DNA of 64,000 nt from positions 13,011,166 to 13,075,165 of the forward strand of contig NC_069004.1 in assembly GCF_001194135.2 (NCBI RefSeq), given 5' to 3'. How positions within the stretch are numbered: position 1 is the first letter of the stretch; every line of letters starts with the position of its first letter. The notes beneath the pieces were generated by a model. The model made no database searches, was not told the origin of the DNA, and saw nothing but the letters and a program-made list of their open reading frames with translations. This document shows positions 37,484 through 47,335 of the stretch, one piece after another. Made by a program: the position numbers and the translations under genes. The DNA comes from Octopus bimaculoides (lineage: Eukaryota).

Positions 37484-38368
37484 TAGAGATCCACCCACAC
37501 ACATATACATGCTGTTGATGATTTCTTTTCCTTCTTTGGACATTTCCCTTTTTCCTTTCTGACGAAGATCTATGCTCAAAACGTCAAAAACTCTCTCTTT
37601 TTACCAAGCGTCAAACTATTACATTTCTTATGCTTGTCCTCTTGTTGTTTGTTATTGTTAATTTTATTGTTTGTTTATTTGATTTGACTACACACACATA
37701 CACAGAGGCACCCATACATTATGTACCTACACATTTGTGTAATTAGAGGCTAAGACCATCAATTCTAAAAATACTTAGATGCTGACCATATATGGATGCG
37801 ACCCTATATAACATCACATAGAATAAATGCCAAGATGAATGAAAAAGCATTGTTTATAGAAGGCTTTGTAAATGGGAATTATAACCTCAATATAAATTTG
37901 TGGGCATGTTTGCAAGTGTATGCAGGTCTGTATGTGTACATGGAAGTGCATGTCTATGCATGCACTTCTGTGGTCACACACATGTGTGATTTCTTTATGT
38001 GTACATAGTTCAATGATTAAAAAATTTGTTTTTCAATCATGAAGTTTCAGGTTCAATACCACTGTGCAGCACAAGTTTCTACCAGGGCCTCAAGTCAACC
38101 CTAGTCTTGTGAATAAGATGACTGGGTATAATGGAGACTGTATGTGTGAAACTTTGGTAAATGAACTGAATGGACTGGTAACTGAAAAGGGGTCAGTCAT
38201 GCCACATGTCATGCAACCCTGATCTTGTCTGAGGATTAAATTAACGGGACAAATGTATGTGGAATATTCAGCCACTAACACCATAATTCAGTGAATAAGT
38301 AGTTTCACTGATAAAACAACTGGAATAACCCCATAGAAATCAATGGGAATCCATTTACTTATATTACA

Positions 38369-38437
<69 letters not shown>

Positions 38438-38823
38438 ACATATGAAAGAGTGAGTGAGTGTGTGTGTGTGTGCGCACACATGCACATGTAATTATATTTA
38501 AAAAAAAAACAGTTATTGGAAAATCTCAACCATACATGAAACTTCATAATGTAATCTGTCTTTTTCATTGAATTAAAAAAAAAAAAAATTATTCACAGCC
38601 ATCATAGTTTATCTTTTCTTTCCACTTTCTTTCTTGTTTCTCTCATTAACTCCTTCTCCCCACCCCTGACCACCACTCTCTCTTTTTCAGTCACTATACC
38701 ACAAACATTACCTTCCTCTTTCTCAAACGATCTATTTTTACCTTGTTTCATTTGTGCATCACCATCATCATCATCATTGCTTTATTATTATTATTATTGT
38801 TGTTTTATGAAAAGAAAAAAAGT

Positions 38824-41800
38824 TTAAATGTTGGTGATTTGGGGATTTGAATTATGAAAGGAGTAGCTGGTTAAATTTAGATTATCCTTCCTACTACAGG
38901 ATGTCGTGTTTAAACTGTCATCAGGTTCCTCCGTCAGAAAGAAGGAAGGTATCCGCTTGGAGTGGTCGTCACCGGTTTCTATGCCGTCAGCATTGTCATC
39001 AGCCTGAAAGACAGAATTCTCACTAGACGTGTCCTCGTTAATTGCTAGCACATCAGCAGATGTGACGCTAGAAAGAGACCTGTGACTTGAGTGGCGAAAA
39101 AAATGCTCCAGTTCCTTGTCAATGCTGCTGGCCAAACTCAGTGATGGCGCCTTAAATGTAAGTTCACTTCCGGCAGTACTCACGCGATTGAATTGGGATG
39201 ATGACGGAGAGGTTGATGATGACAAACACTCTGGAGATGAGCCACTACCAAGAAGGGCATCCTTTGACTGAAAGCCATTGTTTTGGTGGCACTTACTGCT
39301 GTTACTGTTGCTCCACTGAAGAGTTTTGGGAACTTTGGGAATTGAGACAGGTATTGGTGCTACAGCATGCATTCTTGGTACTCTTGGACTTTGACGCAAC
39401 TCTTCCAGTTCTTCATCAGTACGGAAACGGACAAAACCATTTTGAACAATAAGCATTGAATCAGGCTCATCCAATGCTAAGTTTTCACCTTCTTGACTCA
39501 GAGAAATTGTTAATGGAATTATTTCATAACCAGCAGCTTTGATTTCTTTGCGCCGTGTATCTTTTGAAATTCCAATGCTACTTATGTTTTCGTCCATGTT
39601 GGTCCAGCTGATGTCTTTATGAGAATTCCACATGTTTTCCTTGCGACACAACCATGTGTAAGACGAACAGTAAAACCAAGGGTCGCAGCCATATTTGCTA
39701 CGATGCTTAAAGGGAAGCGTGCTTATATAAGTAGTTATTATACAAAACAAGAATTCAAAGAAGCGAACAGCAGTTTGATAACCCCACCAGGGCCATGGTC
39801 TTGGAAGTTCATTTGGGAAAATGCCCAAGAAGTACAGAGCTGAATATACTTGTAGACATGTACAAAATGTACCAATAATGGAACTAAAAAGAGCAACAGT
39901 TACACCAAGGCAGAGGGTGAGTCGTTCCTTGTATATTGTGTAGTTGTCCATGTGGATTTTGGCTTCACGGAGTTGAAGCAGGAGTTTTTGTCTTTTCTCA
40001 GCAGCAAAATGCAATTTTTTGTAAACATATATGTAACCCAAGAAAAGAAAAAGACCCCAGAGCACAAAGAAAATTTGGCAGACAAACAAAAAAGTTTTGA
40101 CAGTAAGGAAGAGTCCGATGAGTATTGCAGCAGTGATGGGCAGGAGATAATGAACGACTATAATAGTAATTAATAAGGGCAAACACTGGAATTTGGATGA
40201 CAAATAATAAACTTTGGCAGTTTTAAGGAAGGCATAAAAGATTAATGCAAATGCTGATGTAAGGCAAGGAAATGCCAAGTAAAATAAGAGGAATCCTATG
40301 AGATAATGGTATGTGTGGTCAGAGTTGTAACCATCAACCAGCAAGAAAAGAGCTCTTAGCAGACAAAATGTAAAGAGGAGCAGATTTACTGCAACAAAGT
40401 AATAGTTGTTTAGTAAGTGTATAGTATGTCGCAGTCGCAGTAAACAGATCAACAGATAAATGGCAAGAAGAGCAAACAGAGAACCAAAAGTATAAATGTG
40501 AACATGCCAAGCTGCTTTCCACTCCTGCTTGGCTACTTTCCAATCTGGGACAATTATGTAAGAGTTTTGAGGGCCCTTACTTTCTTTTACACTGACGTTT
40601 GTAGGAGAAGGGTCAGACGTTGAAGTAATCAGTGGCTTGAATATTGTTGCGATTGTTGTTGTAAAGGTATTGGATTTGGTTTCTAATGTGCTTTTAGTCC
40701 AGTCAGCAGTGGGTGAAGCTGTTGCCTTACTTTCAACAGAGGCCCCGTTTGTGCTGACAACAAACTTGTATTTAGAACTTGGAAATGTCTGACTGAAATT
40801 AGTTGAATTAGAACCAGTATTTGGTGTTGGTTGCAGCAGTGTGTATAACTGACTGCTGGAAACTGTATTTGGGTGAAGAGTAAAAGATTTGTATAGACTG
40901 TTAGTGGGAGAAAGAGGAGATTTAGACATAACCGTAGTTTCTTCAATGACAGGTTTTGTCAGTGGTCTTGAATTATTGCTGGAAAGTGTTTTTGTTGTTG
41001 AATCAAGTTTGAGGGTCTTTGAGGATAAATTTGGATTGGGGACTGTGGTTGTCTGAACTGCCAAGGAACTCTGTTTGGTGTCTAAGGTAGCCAATAAAGA
41101 ATTGTTCAACAGTAGAACAATGTTTGAAGTTGACAGAGATGCAGTGCGTAGCTGATTACTTAGAAGTGATACATTCTTCTTTGACCATCGATTTGACGAG
41201 GCATCAGTTGGGGTCAAGTAAAGGGAGTTTTCAATTTTGGGTTGAGTGTTGGTATCAGTTGAGTCATTCTTCAGTTGTAAGGTTATAAATGGCGTTGGCA
41301 TTTTGGTCATAAGAGGCCCTTCGCTACCAGAATGCAAAAGATGTGAAGTCAATCCAATAGGTTCAAACTTGGAACTAGTTACAGGGTGAATATTTGTGGA
41401 AGTGGTGAATGTATTTAATGGTAAGGAATTATAAATGGGAGTCACCATTGCCATTGAAGGTTTACTTTGAGAAGCTGATGATGTTGGTTGAACAAACAAA
41501 GAAGTTGAAGCTGTTTTGTGACTGGAAGACAAAAGAATAGCTTCTGATTTTGAAGCTGTGATGGAACTCTGGGGTAATGGAACTGATGAAGAAACAATCT
41601 TTGGCAATGAAGAGAAAGATGTTGGCTGGTGTGTTTTGTAAGGAATACTTTTAGTGTCAACATCTGTAATCATTGTAGTTTTAATAAAACTGGTGGCTGA
41701 TGTTGGTGTTATCTTATCAGGAGGATTATGGACGAAGGATGCAGCTGCAGTTGGCTTTATATTCTTAGATCGAGAATTATGGATTAACGAGGTGGCTGTT

Positions 41801-42585
41801 GTTGGCTTTATAACCTTGGATCGTGGATTATAGATTAATGAAGCAGCTGCTGTTGGCTGTATAATCTTAGAACGGGGCTTACGAACATAAGAAGCAGCAG
41901 CTATTGTTGGTCTTGTAGTCTTACGCCGCCGATTACGGCCTGAGGAAGTAGCAGCTTCTGTTTGTTTTTTTGTCTTACGGCGTGGATTATGGCTGGAGGA
42001 AGCAGCAGTTTTTGTTGGTTTAGTAATTTTAAGAGTTGGGTTGGGGAGACTGTTGTTAGTGGATAGAGTATTGTTAGAGGAAACATTTTTTTCTTTAGCA
42101 GATTTCCTTTTTGCCCTCTTATTGGCTTGAGTTCGTAAACTGTTAGCAGACCGCTTAAAACGTCCCAAATGCAACTGCAGAGAATAACCATCAATTGGTT
42201 GTCGTGTGTTGGAAACTGTATCAAAGCAGTTATATTTTATGCTTCTGATTGGTAGATTTTTGGTAGAGAATAATTTGTAAAGGATGTTTCTATATCTACA
42301 TTTTAATTCTGCAGCAGATGTTTGTGAGATTTTTAACTCTTGTTTTTTAAGCCGTCCAATTTTTCTGTTGGAGCCTAAAGGTGATATCTCTAAATTGGTC
42401 CGAGTTCTCTTGACTGGAATATGCATTAAGCCATGAGACTGAATGAATGTCTTAGAGGCAGGGACATATTTTAATAATATTGTATCGTTGGAATAACCAG
42501 CAACTGTGGGTATGTACAATAGTAAAGATTGTAATATGCAAGCAAGAATTAACCAGGAAAGAGATATCTGCAAAATAGTTTCCAT
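38824..42585 (-). CDS. PRRT3/PRRT4-like protein, 1253 aa: signal peptide, basic region with furin-type sites, S/T/P-rich mucin-like stalk, about 7 TM helices, Ser-rich cytoplasmic tail; intronless CDS
   Basis: Only long clean ORF in the window; first in-frame ATG at 42585 in a strong context (AACATGG); hydrophobic N-terminus; PDWKVAKQEWKAAWHVHIYTFGSLF preceding TM1 resembles the PRRT3/4 family motif; orthology to PRRT3 versus PRRT4 not resolvable by eye. Confidence 0.85.
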   Translation of the reverse strand: METILQISLSWLILACILQSLLLYIPTVAGYSNDTILLKYVPASKTFIQSHGLMHIPVKRTRTNLEISPLGSNRKIGRLKKQELKISQTSAAELKCRYRNILYKLFSTKNLPIRSIKYNCFDTVSNTRQPIDGYSLQLHLGRFKRSANSLRTQANKRAKRKSAKEKNVSSNNTLSTNNSLPNPTLKITKPTKTAASSSHNPRRKTKKQTEAATSSGRNRRRKTTRPTIAAASYVRKPRSKIIQPTAAASLIYNPRSKVIKPTTATSLIHNSRSKNIKPTAAASFVHNPPDKITPTSATSFIKTTMITDVDTKSIPYKTHQPTSFSSLPKIVSSSVPLPQSSITASKSEAILLSSSHKTASTSLFVQPTSSASQSKPSMAMVTPIYNSLPLNTFTTSTNIHPVTSSKFEPIGLTSHLLHSGSEGPLMTKMPTPFITLQLKNDSTDTNTQPKIENSLYLTPTDASSNRWSKKNVSLLSNQLRTASLSTSNIVLLLNNSLLATLDTKQSSLAVQTTTVPNPNLSSKTLKLDSTTKTLSSNNSRPLTKPVIEETTVMSKSPLSPTNSLYKSFTLHPNTVSSSQLYTLLQPTPNTGSNSTNFSQTFPSSKYKFVVSTNGASVESKATASPTADWTKSTLETKSNTFTTTIATIFKPLITSTSDPSPTNVSVKESKGPQNSYIIVPDWKVAKQEWKAAWHVHIYTFGSLFALLAIYLLICLLRLRHTIHLLNNYYFVAVNLLLFTFCLLRALFLLVDGYNSDHTYHYLIGFLLFYLAFPCLTSAFALIFYAFLKTAKVYYLSSKFQCLPLLITIIVVHYLLPITAAILIGLFLTVKTFLFVCQIFFVLWGLFLFLGYIYVYKKLHFAAEKRQKLLLQLREAKIHMDNYTIYKERLTLCLGVTVALFSSIIGTFCTCLQVYSALYFLGIFPNELPRPWPWWGYQTAVRFFEFLFCIITTYISTLPFKHRSKYGCDPWFYCSSYTWLCRKENMWNSHKDISWTNMDENISSIGISKDTRRKEIKAAGYEIIPLTISLSQEGENLALDEPDSMLIVQNGFVRFRTDEELEELRQSPRVPRMHAVAPIPVSIPKVPKTLQWSNSNSSKCHQNNGFQSKDALLGSGSSPECLSSSTSPSSSQFNRVSTAGSELTFKAPSLSLASSIDKELEHFFRHSSHRSLSSVTSADVLAINEDTSSENSVFQADDNADGIETGDDHSKRIPSFFLTEEPDDSLNTTSCSRKDNLNLTSYSFHNSNPQITNI

Positions 42586-42914
42586 GTTGTCGCTTCTGTA
42601 GCGTACAACATGTGCCAATGTTATCGGTGAATGTCTTTCAAATTAGAAAACAACCTTTTTAATGCATAATGCCGGTATTCTGCCTCATATATCAATATAC
42701 TGAGCATATTCTTCAGTGAGTGAGAATTGGGCAGTATAATTAAAAGAATACTGAAAGATTAGGAAACAACCGTGGCAAAGAAATCAGCATCCTCATGAAA
42801 ATTCCTGATACATAGAAAGATGGAATACTCCTGGTTGACAACTGTAATAGTCTTGAAGGTAGCGCTTATAAGAAATTGGTAGTTATGGATGTTGAACTGC
42901 TTCAGATAGTAATA

Positions 42915-42950
42915 GATTTCTGAAGAAGAAAGAAAAAAAAAAAGGAAAAT
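42915..42950 (-). promoter_or_regulatory. Predicted splice acceptor of the PRRT-like exon (exon would start at 42919)
   Basis: Long pyrimidine tract ttttccttttttttttctttcttcttcAG on the minus strand, 334 nt upstream of the ATG; a second candidate acceptor (tttcctaatctttcAG) near 42751. Confidence 0.6.
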
Positions 42951-43246
42951 TAATGAGCAAATAAAACAGAATTCAAGAATTCAAACAAATCAAACAAAGT
43001 AAAATTCTGATCTTTATTGGGAAAAAAAAGACAACAAAATAACAAAAAAAAGTGGCAGCATACATTTGTAAAAAAAAGACCTTATTAAACATAACTTAGA
43101 TCAAGATTATTTTCAAAATCTGGGTACAGGTGCTGTGTTGGTTAAGAAATTTGCTTGGGTTCAATCCCACTGGGAAGTGTGTTTTTTAATATAACTCCAA
43201 GCTAATCAAAGCCTTGTGGGTGGATTTGCTAGACAGAAACTGAAAA

Positions 43247-43347
43247 ACAAACATCTGCTGCAGAATTAAAATGTAGATATAGAAACATCCTTTACAAATT
43301 ATTCTCTACCAAAAATCTACCAATCAGAAGCATAAAATATAACTGCT
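43247..43347 (+). repeat. Perfect 101-bp inverted duplicate of PRRT-like CDS 42225-42325
   Basis: Base-by-base identical to the reverse complement of 42225-42325. Confidence 0.97.
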
Positions 43348-44001
43348 ATGTACACTGCTATGTGTACATACAGAGTCTGCCAAAAAAATGTATACACAGG
43401 AAGCTTGCTTCCCAGCCACATGATTTCAGGTTCAGGCCCACTGCATGGCACCTTGGGCATGTGCTTTCTGCTATAGCTTCAGGCTGACAGAAGCCTGGTG
43501 ATTGAATTTGGTGGGCAGAAGTTACTGTCATGTGCGCACATGTGTGTGTAAGTGTTTGTACCTCCTAACTTCAGGAAAGGAAAAATCTGTATAAATATTT
43601 AACATGTATAAGTACCTCTTTCGATGTTTTATCAAATTGTGATAACACTGAATAAAAATATACAGATTTCTTCCTTTCCTTAAGTGTGTATACATTTGTT
43701 TTGGTGGACTCTGTAAATATGTGTATATATAATATATGTTCATGCCTGTGTTTGTGTGTGCCCTTGTCTAGAAACAAATGAGGTTGTTTTGTTACTTGTC
43801 TTCTGTGAAAAACAAGTGTAGCCATGGGAAAATATGACCTTGCTTGGAAACAGGTGAGGGTTTGTGACAGGAAGGGCATCCAGCCATAAAAAAATCTACC
43901 TCATATTCCAGCATGGAAAAGTGGACATTAAAATGATGATGGATAATGTTACATATACATTCATATTTATTCATATATACATGTTCATATGTATATATAT
44001 A

Positions 44002-44829
44002 TAATACAAAGAATATATATGCATGTATACACACATATATGTACATACTTACATCTACATGTGTATATAGATGCATATCAGGGTACAGGATGTTAGAACA
44101 ATGAACTACAGACAACGGAATGAACACATAGGAAAATAGATAGCCACTTCGAATAATTCCTTCGTCAGCTGCCTCTATTCTAACTAGATGTTTCAAAGAT
44201 AAGGCAGAACATACTCTAGAATAGTCTCTTCCTGAGTAGTGGATTGACCTACTAAACAGAGGACTCCAAGGTGGCAAACACAAACCAAGACAGGAAAAAT
44301 TGGACAGTGAAAACAACATTAAAATGCCGTATGGCCAAACGTGAATCTGATGTAGAACGCTAACAGTTCGTCTCGCCTTCATAGTGGCTGGAGTGAAAAG
44401 AGAGTTGACCACAGGTCACGCGTGAGCAGAGAGGATGGTAGAGGGAGGAAGTGGAATGAGGAGGAAGAGAGAGATGTGTGTGTAGCAGTGAAGTAGAAGC
44501 CAGGACAACAGAAGGAAGCGGAGCGAGAGGGGGAGATGAATAAGAAGAAAGATAGTTAGATAGATAGAGGGATAGATAGAAAGATAGAGGAAGACAGACA
44601 GATAGATAGATAGATAGATAGATAGAAAGAAAGATAGAGTCACGTCAGAATAATAAAGTACAAACTTGCAAAAAGGACGTGTGCGTTCAATGATGTAATA
44701 ATACAAAGAATATATATGCATGTATACACACATATATGTACATACATCTACATGTGTATATAGATGCATATCAGGGTACAGGACGTTAGAACAATGAACT
44801 ACAGACAACGGAATGAATACATAGGAAAA
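44002..44829 (-). mobile_element. Non-coding element with about 131-135-bp terminal direct repeats and a degenerate hammerhead-like core (Penelope-type pseudo-LTR structure)
   Basis: 44002-44136 repeats at 44699-44829; CTGACGA AGGAATTATTC GAAG on minus at about 44148-44168. Confidence 0.5.
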
Positions 44830-45091
44830 CACAGACGCACAAACCAACATATACATATATATATGTATATACAATGAGCTTCTTTTCAGTTTCCGTCTAT
44901 CAACGCCACTCACAAGGCTTTGGTCGGCCCAAGGCTATAGTAGAAGACACTTGCCCAAGGTGCCACACAGTGGGACTGAACCCAGAACCATGTGGTTGGT
45001 AAGCAAGCTACTTAACTCACAGCCACTCCTGCACACACACACACACACACGTGTGTGTGTGTGTATATGTGTGTGTGTGTATATATGTGTG

Positions 45092-45975
45092 TGTGTGTTC
45101 TGATCAATAAGTATCCGGACTGTTGCCATAGTAGCAAAGGAAAAGCACGCAGAGTGAAGTCGCTTGGCACAGATTGACCTTGATCTCTGCTGTATATGCA
45201 CACTAAGCTTCATCATTCTACTTCACTTCCACTGTTTACAGCAGTACTTGGAAGGAAGGTGTGTAGCCTGTGATCGTCACATTGACCATGACAGAGAAAG
45301 TTGAGCAGAGAATCTGCAACAAATTTTGCCAAAAGCTTGGTGATACCTGCTCAGTGGCCTATGCAAAGTTTTTATCATTCTTGACACAATCAAGGAGATC
45401 CTGTGCAACAGAAACCAGAGTATCTTTTTGGTCAGCTGAAAGCAGTTTTGACACAAACTTAGCAGACATGTGTCTCACCTAAATCTTTAATGGTAATGGA
45501 CTGAACTGAACCATAAATAATCTGCACACCCTCTGATAACTAACAGATGGTGATGCAAAGATTTCCCCTCACAGCTGCACATGCATCTGTGATGTTTTTC
45601 TCAGTTCTGCTGGTTGTGGGTCTCCCAGAACGTTCATCAATATCGACATTTTTGCAGCCATCTTGGAAATGTGTGAACCACTTGTACACTTGTGTGTGGC
45701 TCATACACTCCTCTCCCTACACTTTCTGCAACCTTGCATACGACTCTGAGCAGGTATCACCATGACGACTTTCTCTATCATGATCAATGCGATGATCACA
45801 CGCTACACACCTTTCTTCCAAGCACTGCAGTAAAAAGCGGAAGTGAGTTAGAACATTAAAACTTAGTGCACATGCACAGCAGAAGTTGAGGTCAATCTTT
45901 ACCAAGTGGCTTCACTCTGCATTCTTTAGCTTCGTTACTATGGCAACAGTCCGGATACTTAATGATCAGACGTCG
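45092..45975. mobile_element. Mariner derivative built from two inverted 5' ends
   Basis: Both ends carry TCTGATCA(A/T)TAAGTATCCGGACTGTTGCCATAGTA plus 5' UTR plus transposase start (MTEKVEQRICNKFCQKLGDTCS). Confidence 0.85.
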
Positions 45976-45989
45976 TATGGATATGTATA

Positions 45990-46151
45990 TGCATAGTAGC
46001 TTGCTTACCAGCCACATGGCTCCGGGTTCAGTCCCACTGCGTGACACCTTGGGCAAGTGTCTTCTACTATAGACTTGGGCCGACCAAAGCCTTGTGAGCG
46101 GATTTGGTAGACGGAAACTGAAAGAAGTCCGTTGTATATATGTATATATAC

Positions 46152-46183
<32 letters not shown>

Positions 46184-46385
46184 TAGTGTGTCTGTGTTTG
46201 TCCCCCCACCATTGCTTGACAACCGATGCTGGTGTGTTTACATCCCCGTAACTTAGTGGTTTGGCTAAAGAAACAGATACAATAAGTACTAGGCTTGCAA
46301 AGAATAAGTCCTGGGGTCGATTTGCTCGACTAAAGGCGGTGCTCCAGCATGGCCACAGTCAAATGACTGAAACAAGTAAAAGAGT
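45990..46385 (+). mobile_element. Representative of the most abundant SINE (family A); over 20 copies in both orientations, e.g. 853-1200, 1545-1860, 2794-3160, 3968-4330, 8770-9215, 33290-33625, 35600-35975, 53090-53535, 58200-58580
   Basis: tRNA-like head GTGGTAAGAAGCTT...GGTTCAGTCCCAC, central (TA/TG)n, 3' end CAGCATGGCCGCAGTCAAATGACTGAAACAAGTAAAAGA. Confidence 0.88.
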
Positions 46386-47122
46386 AAAAGATTATATATA
46401 TATACAAATATATATCTGGTGGAAATCAATTCACGACTGAGTAAGGTTACTTCCTAAAGTCAGTAAGTTTGTGCAAACATTCCAAGAGATGAGTGATGGA
46501 GAGATGAGTGATGGAGAGATGATTGATAGAGAGATGAATGATGGAGGGGTGGGTGGTGGAGGAGGTGAGTGATGGAGGGGAGAATGATGCAAGGATGAAC
46601 GATAAGGAAAGAAATGAAATGATATGAATATATTGCTTTTCAAGAAATTTGGTTTACAATAAGAAAGAAGCTATTTGTTCAATCTATGGCTCATTGTGGG
46701 CCAGATATTTTTCAACGCTTTAATACTAACCAGCTTCACACTGCCACTGGTTTTGTGATACAAAACTTGCTTGAAAAATGTTTATTTTTGAACAAAACAA
46801 AAAAAGAAACTTGCTTCCCAAACACATGGCTCCAGGTTCAGTCCCACTGCATGGTGCCTTGTGCAAGTGTCTTCTACTATAGCCTCAGGCTGATCAAGGC
46901 CCTGTGAGTGGATTTGGTAGATGGAAACTGAAAGCAGCCCATCATGTATATATATATATATATATAAATATCATTACAGATATAGGGTAAAGGATTATTA
47001 ATTTATTAATAAATTAATAATTAATAAATTAATAATTAATAATTTTTACCAAGTAGTTTGGTATGTAAAAAACCATTATCGGTAAAGAACTTATATAAAA
47101 AAGTTCTTTTAAAATTATAAAC

Positions 47123-47335
47123 ATAATTAAGGGATCAGCAACAGTTGCTTCACCACATACCGAAATTTAGAAATAGCAGTTAAAGTGCTAATTCTACTAC
47201 TAAAATAAGTCTCCAAAAGATAGCAATACTATTGCTATCTGTTGGAGACTTATTGTAGTAGTAGAATTAGTACTTTAACTGCTATTTCTAAATTTCGGTA
47301 TGTGGTGAAGCAACTGTTGCTGATCCCTTAATTAT
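47123..47335. repeat. 213-bp near-perfect palindrome
   Basis: 106-bp arms, 3 mismatches, centre at 47229. Confidence 0.97.

Noticed and set aside
39198-42224. Overlapping antisense or alternative-frame ORFs within the PRRT-like CDS
   Set aside because: Short (under 110 aa), no motifs; expected by chance opposite a long ORF
42586-42618. ORF-track start at 42618 (1264 aa)
   Set aside because: That codon is TTG; the first ATG at 42585 has a strong Kozak context and directly precedes the signal peptide
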